DNA of 64,000 nucleotides from Yuukianura sp. NJ FZ-2021 (Eukaryota): NCBI GenBank assembly GCA_046563655.1, contig CM102285.1, positions 11,470,001 to 11,534,000 of the forward strand, read 5' to 3'. Shown piece by piece: positions 54,101 to 64,000 of this stretch (position 1 is its first letter; each line of letters starts with the position of its first letter). The notes under the pieces were generated by a model. It saw only the letters and a program-made list of their open reading frames with translations, ran no database searches and was not told where the DNA came from. The position numbers and the translations under genes were made by a program.

Positions 54101-57100
54101 TTTGGTTTAAAAAATTTATGCATGCCTAAATGGCCAAGAGGAAGGCACTCACTCAGTCTTGAGTTTTAATGGGATGGAAGTGGAGGGCGAAGAGACTTTG
54201 CGTTCCATTTCTTGAGAAGAGCCTACCCTTAGTAATAAAGGAGCGAAGGCGTCCTTGTTCCAACTTTCTCCTCAGAGAGGAACGGGTGAAAGTTTCAGTC
54301 CTTTTCTCATGTGCCATGTCAGTGATTATTAGACTGAGGCTCTGGCTGAGTGAGTGGAGGTAGACATGCTAAGGGAAACCTCCGAATCCCATTTCTATTC
54401 AACCCAGGAACCCAAGAACGGAGTTATGAGAAGATGCCTGGGCATGAGAGTTCCTTTGCCACTCCCAAACTGGAGGTTAGGTTAGGTAGTACTGCATTGG
54501 GGACGAGAACAGGAAAGTGAAAGTCGATATCTCTGTTTGTTGGCTAGAACTTGGAACCAACAGAACCTCTTCCCATGCCCACTCCAGACGCCCAGCAGTT
54601 CCTTTTTTGTTCTTGGAACGAAAATTCAACTCTCCTTTTTCCCTAGGATTTTTCTCTGGCCAGAGCTAGACAGTAGAGATGGATGGATGGTACGGTTTTT
54701 TTTTGTTCTGCAGAGTGATCCAAGGCTAGCTAGGGGCTTCCAGCGGTTTCTGACAGACTGGAAACCCTAAGTGGGATTTCTACTTTAGTGTTAGTAGGGG
54801 CGAAAGTGAGGCGATGTCTCTGGGAAAGAGAGAGTGAAAATGACTTTGGGTGGCATTCCCTTCACTTTAGGCTGATGGCTGAAACTCTACTTTCTTTTTT
54901 TCACGGCGTTGGTTTGGCGTAGGAGGGGGAAACAGCTCTGATAAGCACGAGGTCACAATGCCGTGGGTTTCGGAGGGGGTCTTCATGGCCTCCTTTCTCT
55001 TCTTACGACTCGTGTTTTTATGTGGGATGTGGGTAGTAGTGGTTGGCTGGGTAGGTGATAGTGCCAAGATCGTAAGGAAAAAAACTGAACACTTCAGTGT
55101 AACCTACGCTAGCTCGTTATTTGTTAGAATGAAAAACTTTTCGTTCAGATTTGTTTTCAGGTTCGCCCACTCCGCCTTTGCAAGAATCTGTTGTCTCTAG
55201 GGCTCGGAAAACAGAAATTTGCGTTGGTAATAGTATTTTGGTTAGGTTGGATTTGTCACATGAGAGGGTGAAAGAGAGGTAGTTACTTAAGTTTGGATTG
55301 GAAGGAATTAGAATCGCCAGTGGAATGGTGGCATTGCGTGGGCCTAAGGATTGTATTGTATATGTATGAGCGTCTTTCCCCTTGCGGTTAGAAGGTGGTG
55401 GTGGGGCTTCTCTAGTCTAACTTCCTTCCACTTTCCCGCAGTCTAACTTTCTCCCAGAGAAAATTAGTTTCCGAGGGAGAGCCCTCCTCCCACATGGCCA
55501 AACTCCTGCTTTCACTTTGCGAGCCTCATCATTTTGAATCAGGAAACTTGAGTCAACCTCTCCCGCCCTTTTCGTAGAAACTTGAAGTGGAACAGCCAAA
55601 GTCTGGCAGAGAGAGAAAGCGTGGAAGCAATATAGCCGTGGTGGGTCTCCCTGTCTGTCTTTCCCACTTTCTCATTTCTCTGACAATTCCCACGGTGATG
55701 CTCCTCTCCAGACAAGTTGGGTTCGAGGGAAAGGAGAGTTATAATACACGCTGTCTGCTACTGAGACCATACTTCATTCAACGAGGCTCATGGAAACGCG
55801 GTTCCAGCAGAGGTTAAACTCTATGCCAGCTCCAGAATCATCTCTGGAACACCCAAAAGAGTTCATCTTCTTTCGAATATTAGGCATATCCCTCTTGTGT
55901 AGGAAGAAAAAAAGAAAGGGGAAACTCCCTACCCGCCTGTCTCTTCACGGAGGGGGAAAAGATTTTTTCTCATCCCGCTGTCTTATCATTCCTTGGAAAG
56001 ACGGGAGCTAAGAAGCCCTCTGCCCAGAAAAGAAATCTCAAGATGAGTTTCGACCCCTCGCCTCCGTTTTTCTTCTTTTTTTCTCCCTCGTCACTTCTTC
56101 CGAAAGTTCTTGAGTAGACTATGGTATGGTGGTGGTGAGATTCATATCAATGTCACAGACTCCTAAAAGTTTTAGAGGCTAGAAACTGTACACTTCCAAG
56201 AAAGAGTTAGGTGTGACGACTTTCTCCCGAGAGGAAATAATTGTCAGTCAAAAAATTCTCAAGCTCTGATTTTTATGGTTTCAAATTGGGTATTTACATT
56301 TTACGACATTGGGTTCGAAAAGTTGTTCATTTCTTCCTCGTTACGCAGCTCAAACGTAGTATTTAAAAAAAAAGTTTTAAGTTCCACTGATCCACCAACT
56401 AAAAGCGGTCCAAACTCAAAGGGCAAGCGTAGTTTTCTTCTCCATACTTTAAAACTGGAATCAAGGGCAAGTTTTTGTTTGGAAATAGGAACTGATAATG
56501 AACATCAGCTAAGCATTATTCTAACTTCTTACTATCAATTAATTCATTAGCTAGAGAGGCAATTTTTTAATCTTGAAAATCTTGAATTGAAAATCCAGGT
56601 GAAACTCATAGTAAGGTGCGGGGGAGGGGGTTTAACCCGAAACGTGGATACAGATGGGTGGGCGGTGTCAGATGCTCAGAAATTGATGGTTTGAAGTCTT
56701 TGAAGTCTCTGGAACGTTTCTTTGTTGGATAGTTCTACACTCAAACCATATCCTTTCATCCTCATTTTTTGTTACCCTGTTTATTGCAGTCTGCCGATTT
56801 GAATAGACAGAGATCAGCAATAGACTTTATATACAAAAATGGTCTAGAATTATCCAAAATCAGGAGCATCATTTGAAGTTGGTGAAGAGGAAAGAGAAAG
56901 GCCGGCTTCACTTCCTGTCTCCCTTTCTACTTTCACTGTTTTGCTTTAAAGAAACCATGCTAAATTGCCACCCTTTTCATCTCTTAGGAATTATGGAATG
57001 GAAATCCTACTATTAGTTTTTGTCTACTCAGCTCAGATTCCACGATTCCAGGAGAGTCAGGCTAAGGAAAAGTAGAGGGAAGGCGGTGGTAGTGGTGGTA

Positions 57101-60100
57101 AAATAATGACATTTTGCAACAACTTTTTCCTGTCTCCTCATGGCTCACATGGCCACAAATTAGGTTCACTCTGTCATGGAAACGTGACTCTCTCAGAAGA
57201 TGAGATGAGATACTCTTGCTTCCTGGAGTGCTCAGGAATGATGTCCTTCCCATTCGTATTCGTACCAGAAACTCCCACTCCTAAGAATTAGACTTTCAGA
57301 TTTTGAGGAAAGGCGCCACCGCGCCTTCTTACTTTTTTTTTACAGCCATCACATCCAAAGTGTCTCTCCCGTCGAAATCTTATGAGGGAGTAACGAAACA
57401 AGGCGAGGTGTAGGTTCATGTATTAAAACAAAGGCATGTTGAGAAAAAATTGTTTTTGGGCATTTGGTTGCATCTAACTGGCAGTAGGCAGAAATTTTAA
57501 GAGCAGGAGATGGGGGTCTTAGAACATAAAGTAAAGGAAAGATCAGATATCAAGTTTTTTCCATCTACTCTGGAAAGAGACAAAAAAAAGTGATTCGCAG
57601 AGAGCAAATGTGATGAGTTCCTGGGACTTTTTTCGGATAGAAACACTTTTAGCGTGGATTAAGTGTCGCAGCGTGGAGACAAGATGAAGGAAGCTCAGAT
57701 CTTTCTCCAGTATAGCTTCAGATCTTAGTAGAAACTTTTCGAACAGACAGAGTGAGTAAAATGGCAGTGATAAGGAAACGCACCGCCTCCTCCGCCCGCA
57801 CTGAGAGCAAAAGGCATAGTAGTGGTTGGCTCATCCAGGATTTTCCTCACTTTCTCCTGGAAGAGAAAGTGCCCATCTTAAAAACCTTAGAAAATGAAGG
57901 AAGGAGAGTGGAGGGAAGGAAAGGGAAATGAATGAGACTAGGGTTGGTTTTTTTCTGGAAGCGAAGGAAAGGGATAGTTGAGTGCCTCGTGGAACTGAAA
58001 GAATCTTCGGATCTTCAGGGAAAAAAGATCCAGGGAGACAGACTTTCCTCGTTCTTCTTTTTCTGAGAATCTTTGGGTGTGGTTGTCTCACAAAAGGACC
58101 TCTACCTCCTTCCAACTTCTTTTTTTCTTCTTCTACTTTCAATGGCAGGGAGGAGGCAGATGGGTAGGATAAGAATAGGATTTTTATTTCCCCATTCTTT
58201 GGAGACGCGAGAGCTGGAACTTTGCGGAGGCTGCTGATGATGAGGGTGAGGAAAGAAGAAGACGAAGCACTATTCTTCGTTCCTTTCCTTGGGAAATGGG
58301 AGCAGGTTAGGTTGAAGCTTAAGATCTTTTGGTAGTTGCTGGAAGAAGGAAGATGCGAGGGAGTGTGGGATCAGGGATAAACAGTTCCAGATCCTCTCTC
58401 TGCCAGACGCACTACTTGAAACTTCCTACGACCCACCAATTCTCCCGGCTTCAATTTGGAAATAGAAGCTCAATTTTCTGAGAATTTAAAAGTAAGAAGG
58501 CTGGCAGAGGGCCAGAGGAAGGATGCTGGCGGTTTTCTGTTTTATGGTTACATAGTAGGCCTTGTTGGTCTCTAAAATTTTGGACTGAAGGGCTTTAGGA
58601 TTTTGAACAAGAAGGAAACTCCTGGGCCCTCCTGATAATGCCTAATCGCATCTTCCAAGGATCCGCTGGGGGCCCTTCCTGGGTCCCTTGAGCCATATTC
58701 CTTCCTTCAGAGACACGCACTCCAAATGTGGGTTTTAAAGATTTACTTTCCAAGTGAACCCCTCCCTGGTGACTCATATCAGCAGAGTGGGAATGTTGAA
58801 AGGAAGCCCTTTGTCAATACCTATAGTTTGGGAGAAAGTTTTCCTTTGGGAGTGTCCAAGAAACACTAATAAAATAGCATGACTTGCCACTTGGCTGGAA
58901 CGTGAATAATTAAAATGTAAATACACTCAAAAGGTAATGCGGTTAGTGCTCCTATTCAGGAAAGTTTTTAAAATTATTTTGCAACAAAAAAGTCTCTCTG
59001 ACTGCTTTTGGCAGGAATTTAAAGCAGCGGAAGCTAAAATTTTCAAAAGTGTAAAAAATTTCACATTTTCAGAAGTGTTGAAAAAAAATTGAGACATGTA
59101 AAACAATTAAGGTTTTCTCTCGGTTCGAAACTTTCTCTTAGGCGATGGCGAGATGAAACAGCACTTTCCACCTCTAAAAAGTTTTCCCCAAACTCTTTTT
59201 AGTGTAAGAGGAGCATGAGACCGAAATGTTTTGTCCTAAATCCCATTGTAAATGTACACCTTCATGGTTGAGTTCATTTGGAGCCGTCGTCGTCATGTGA
59301 TGGTGGATCTGTGGACACTTTGGAACTACAGACTTTAGTTAGAGAGGTGATGATGATGAGATGTACAAAGGAGTCCTTTGTAGTCGTTAGGCGAGGGATC
59401 CTTTAATTTCCATGGGTTTTCAAAGGGCCTTGGGAAGGGAGTAATTAGTAAGGGATCCTGGGCGGTCCAATTTGTCTCTCCGGGAGATGGTCTCGAGAGA
59501 TGGGAATGGTGTGAGGAAATGATAAAAATGAAACTGCCTCTCCCTCTTTGCTTTCACTTCGGTTAGCCTAACCTAACTTTCCCTCTCTCTGCCTGATAGG
59601 AGAACCCAGAAGACTCGAGTGGAATTTGCTACTAAAATTTACATAAGGAAGATGAAGTGGAAGGGAGGATTGCAAAATGGATTTATCACTTGACGCTGGC
59701 GGTTTTCAAGGAGGAGTTCTATGGAGCTCTTTACTGGTTTTTTGGGGGGAAAGAACAGCGGTAGGGTAGGGCCAAAAGGTGCAAAAGTAACCATTACTCA
59801 TTTAATGATCCTGCTCCTCATTCCCATCTTCCCTAAGGTTGCTATGCCTCGCTCTTGCCTCGTCGTAATTATCGTTATCCTACTAATGATGAGGAGAGGC
59901 AAGGTTTGGCAACTTGGTCCAAACGACTTCTTCGTCACTGAGTTTTTGGTGGTACTTTTGGGAGATCGCTGGCGGTTTAAGGTTCGAGGCGGCCCAAGTA
60001 CTTTACTCATTTCCCAGAGGAGAACCCAGCGGAGCATTTGTAACTTCCATGACTCCCCACCCCTCGCTTGGCTTTGGATCTTTGCTGTGGAAAATGAATG

Positions 60101-63100
60101 TGAGACGGGGGCAGGGCAGGGAGAATTATGGGCATGCACTTGACTTTAACAGATCATCGCGGCACGGGATTCTTTTGGATTGGAGATCAACATTCCTCAA
60201 CACTCAGCTTCTTTTCGTGGGGTCAATTTTTTGTGTTCTTTTCTATTTAGAAGGGTTTTTTTGTTCAAAACTTTATGCAGTTTATTTAGGTTTTAATTTT
60301 TGATAGATTGAGGTATGATTCGCAAATATTAATTATGGGTTGGTTAGGTTTTGCAACTGGAGTAGTTTTTGCACTTTCCCTGGGCAATTTTGCTGAAAGT
60401 TGACTTGTTTCCGTTTTATTATGATTCGTTAGATGAATTGAGGTCTGCATGTCAGTCTTCCTTGACTGATCCTGGGTTTCGTAAGCCTCTTTTGAAAGTT
60501 CGTGCACACTGTTTTGAGTCTGCAATGAATTTTCCCAGGGCTAAAAAGAGGGAGAGGCTGGTTTTGGAAGCTAATCCGAAATCAACCTCTTCATTTAATC
60601 GCCTCTTCGTCATTGTCTTGTGCTGTCTGTGTGTGCTGAGAGAAGATGGGAATGAAAAGCATTTTCAAAGAGTATTCTCCTCCTCTGTGCCCGTCGTCCT
60701 TAATGAGTTTCACCATCATCTAAATCCAACTTCAACGTTACCAGGACCAGAGACTTCCAGTTGAAGTAAGTTCTTTGGTCGTTCCCCATCAAATCCCAAA
60801 CAACCAAGAGTCGTCGTCCAGACCAAAATTCAAGACAATGGGCGATGAGAGCTCTCTATTATGCGGAGGAGGGTCTTTCAGCTTCAGCTTCGACCACGCT
60901 TCTCTACGTGTTCAGGGTTACAGAACAGGGAAGATACAGATCCTGAAACTTCCCAAGTTTCCCAAATTCAAGGCTCGACCGCTCCTTTCCTTCAAAATTG
61001 TTTTCCACCACCTCATGCTGGAATTGGGAACAACCACGCCCTTCATACTCTGTCTGCTTCTGCTCGCAATTCTTTGATTAACTCCTAACGAACACTTCGT
61101 TTTTTTAGTAACGAAGATGCAAAACGGTTGCAGGAAAAACTTATTCCGCTGTTGATGACTTCTTAGCTTTTAATTGGATTAGAGGTGTAGGTGTGACAAT
61201 TTAATAAAAGATTGGCTTCTGCAAGACTTGTGGAGAAAAGTAAGCCAGATTGCTAGGCATTTTCACAACATTTTTGACACGTTTTTCATATGTTTCGAGA
61301 GAGGTGCGTCTTTGATGCTGATTAATTGATGCAACTGAAGCTGATGATGATGCAAGGGAGTCCTTGCCAAAACGGAACATAAGAGGGGATGCAGCATCTG
61401 GTTTTTTAGAATGTCAAGTTGAGAATTCTGTTTTGAAAAGAGATGTTTTGAGTTTGGCAACTCATTCAGAACTAAGGGAGGGAGAGGGTGTGAAATCTTA
61501 CACTTTATTTCACACCTTTGTGAACTGGCCACCAGCAAAGTCTGAGGAAAAGTGTTGATGTAGACTGTTGTAATAAGAAAGAACTTGTATCATGCCGTAA
61601 TGATGCCACCAACCACCATCCTTGCTCCAGAAATAAGACTAATGTCCTCCATCCCCCACTTGTCGACTCCGTCTGAGGGCATTTAGTGTCAAGGAAAAAA
61701 GAGAAATGGCCCATTAGCTCACCAAAATGGACAGAATGAATACAATACAATGAAGAAAGCGAATACAAGAACTGGTGGTGATGGTGGTGGTTCTTGTGTT
61801 AAGTTTCGATGAAACTCGTTCAGAACAAACCCTCCTCCTCTTCTTTAAGTATTAAGATGAAGAAGAGATTTTATGAGGTTCGGAATTTTATTGTGGGGGA
61901 CGAATCCAATGCCCAAAGGAAGACTTGCTGCTACTTAAAATGGCATGTTAGCTTTTAATTTTCCATGTTTTACAATCAATGACGGGATGGTGGGTGCATC
62001 TTGACTCTTTAAGTTGATTACAGGAAGTGCGTTAAGGAGTTGTAAAAGTAGTGTGAGTAATCTGCCTACGCAAAGCACTCATCCATGAGTCCTGCTCTCT
62101 CCTGCGTCCTGTTAATTTCCAAATCACTCAACTTTCACTTTATTTGCTAATTCATAATTCTTGTTTTTTGTTTCAGGATTCACGCCTCAGCAATTCCAGC
62201 TCACTGGACGATGACCATGACCAGAGTAAGTGAAGCTCAAGACGTTTTATGAAACTGGAGGAGTCGAAATTTAAGAAAACATTTTTTTGAAATTCAGTTG
62301 CAGAACCAATGCCAAAGAAAAAGTCAAAGGCATCTGCAGATCGAAATCTCCTGGCCAACAGTTCCAGTATCTTGGAGACTGCTGCGGATTTACTTCCAGG
62401 CGGAGTGGATTGGCTAGGCTATCATCCCATTGCACTGAAGAAAGATCGCTTGACCCCAAATAGTGGAACTACTACCTGTTCAAACAACAACAGCATCTAC
62501 AGCAATGGCAAAAACGATTTCAAGGAACAATCTGTAAGTCTTTGTGTTTTTTGGACTCTAGAGCTAAAGAAATGAACTATTTTGGAGGAAGTAGATTTCC
62601 TCTGGAAAGCCCTTCCAGAATAAGTTGAAGACGCTTCCGCCTTGGACTCTTGGGAAGGGGAGCAGAGTCTCGGTTCAAATAAAATCAATCCTGAGAGTGA
62701 AGGAAAGATTTATTATTCCTACACTATTGTGGGAGTCGAAGGCTATGCAGTTTCAACCCTTTCCTTATTTCATCTCAACACGAAATCTTCCTCTTCCCCC
62801 CAAGTCTTCCTCCAGTTTGTATTTGTAGAAGGGTATACTCTAGGGACAAGGGCCAATTCATATTATTATGTGAATCTCTTCTCCATAAGTGCCCAACCTA
62901 GTTTACTGCTCTTCCATCATCATACCTTTTCCCTACTACGAAAACGTATTCTTCCCACTTTCTCCAAAGAGCAACAAAAGACCTCGACTTTCTCCAGTTC
63001 CCTTCCGTCTCTCTCCAACTGAATCCATGATTTGATGTCAAACGACTTGACTTCCCAGTGAAGCTTCCCCTTCTTCCGTCAATTGCCTCGAGTCAATTGG

Positions 63101-63811
63101 AATGAACAGAAATGAAGTTGGGGTGGCTCGAAGGGGATGCTGAGGGAGGAAGTGAGCTCCAAACCGCCCAGTCCTTGTCAAACTCAAGGCCTGTCAATTA
63201 TTTCTAGAGAGCAGGAGTGTGCTCTTCGCCCGGAGTACTTATGAACCCTTATATTAAATGTATGAACTATTTTTAACTATTTGTTCTAACTGTGTTGTTT
63301 CCAGAGTCCGATCTCCCTCAATTCAGCTGTCACACAGGAAACTGGACAGGATGAAACGTCGTCGAATGGGAACAAGGAAGATGAGGATGATGATGATGAC
63401 GAGTCAGAGGACAAAATTGACCCACAAGCACATGATCCAGAGCGTCTCAAGGCATTTAACGTAAGACACATTAGACTAAAAATCTAGCATTTTATTTCTA
63501 CCGCACGCGTTAACTAAAATCCTATTCATTCATTGTTCTATTTCCAAAGTTCATGCCTTATTTCATGCATTTTTTGTGAATGTTGAATTGATGAATAGAT
63601 TTTATTTTAGATGTTCGTTCGCCTCTTTGTGGATGAAAACCTGGACCGTATGGTCCCGATTTCTAAACAACCAAAGGAAAAAATCCAAGCCATAATCGAC
63701 TCGTGCACCCGCCAATTCCCTGAATTTGCTGAAAGGGCTCGTAAACGCATCCGAACTTATCTTAAGTCCTGCCGCAGAAACAAAAGGTCTCGAGACTCGA
63801 CTTGGGAATCT
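17313..63811 (+). CDS. Nol4: Nucleolar protein 4 (NOL4/NOL4L)-like gene, 3' incomplete; exons 17313-18146, 41925-42062, 43528-43932, 62177-62225, 62298-62533, 63305-63460, 63611-63811, next acceptor at 63996
   Basis: NOL4 signature blocks: [47 protein letters not shown]...[37 protein letters not shown], and [65 protein letters not shown]. All junctions are GT-AG with matching phases. Additional alternative exons in the long introns cannot be excluded. Confidence 0.93.
41925..42062 (+). CDS. Nol4: NOL4-like coding exon 2
   Basis: [58 protein letters not shown]. Confidence 0.93.
42414..43361. mobile_element. Non-autonomous Tc1/mariner-superfamily (pogo/Tigger-like) TIR element (MITE), 948 bp, in a NOL4 intron
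   Basis: 23-bp terminal inverted repeats with 1 mismatch: CAGCGGATTCTCTAAATAAGGGA (42414-42436) and TCCCTTATTTAGAGAATCCACTG (43339-43361). TA dinucleotide on both sides (42412-13, 43362-63). No transposase ORF. Confidence 0.85.
42727..43134. repeat. 19-bp GC-rich minisatellite, ~21 copies (GCGCTGTTGCGCAG + AATTT/ATTTT/GTTGT), flanked by TA-rich tracts, inside the MITE
   Basis: Directly visible. It explains the overlapping repetitive ORFs at 42680-43183. Confidence 0.95.
43528..43932 (+). CDS. Nol4: NOL4-like coding exon 3
   Basis: [32 protein letters not shown]...[17 protein letters not shown]...LPDED|GTAAGA. Confidence 0.92.
62177..62533 (+). CDS. Nol4: NOL4-like coding exons 4 and 5 (62177-62225, 62298-62533)
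   Basis: Strong splice sites. Phases 0/1 and 1/0 bridge exon 3 to exon 6 in frame. The sequence is a low-conservation linker. Confidence 0.72.
63305..63811 (+). CDS. Nol4: NOL4-like coding exons 6 and 7 (63305-63460, 63611-63811)
   Basis: An acidic tract is followed by [41 protein letters not shown]...[13 protein letters not shown], the highly conserved NOL4 helical domain. Confidence 0.94.
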
Positions 63812-64000
63812 GTAAGTGTTGAAACGAGTTTGTTCTAACCATTCACGTAAATATTTAAACTAGCCTATTTCTCCAGCTTTCTTTATTTCACTTTCTACCT
63901 TAATCTAAACGCTTACTGCAACTGACCAATCACGAATTTAAGTCATTCGTGGTTCAACTTCCTGGCCATCAAATTTTTTGATCTACCCTTTTGCAGCTTC

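Noticed and set aside
18250..62100. Numerous 60-176 aa ORFs in the NOL4 introns (e.g. 28890-29336, 32337-32831, 36103-36633, 59721-60143)
   Set aside because: Phe/Leu/Lys/Ser-biased composition typical of random AT-rich DNA. I recognised no domains, transposase or RT motifs, or consistent exon chains.

Overview
Eukaryotic (animal, most likely arthropod) genomic DNA with two very different zones. The first ~10 kb is a compact cluster of intron-containing genes: Pex13 (+), RpS7 (-), a short anamorsin/CIAPIN1 (+), Elongin C (-) and Naa50/San (+). It also holds a two-exon gene (-) that the ORF track shows only in fragments and that encodes a secreted prepro-peptide ending in a six-cysteine CS-alpha-beta defensin-like domain. 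The remaining ~54 kb is essentially one gene, NOL4/NOL4L-like (+), with introns of ~23.8 kb and ~18.2 kb; it runs off the right edge. Non-coding elements include a candidate H/ACA snoRNA in an RpS7 intron, a 948-bp TA-flanked TIR element (MITE) carrying a 19-bp minisatellite, and a 21-bp minisatellite. Exon structures were built by hand from GT-AG sites and reading-frame continuity. Gene names come from recalled family motifs, not from database searches. Most short ORFs in the track are spurious intronic ORFs.
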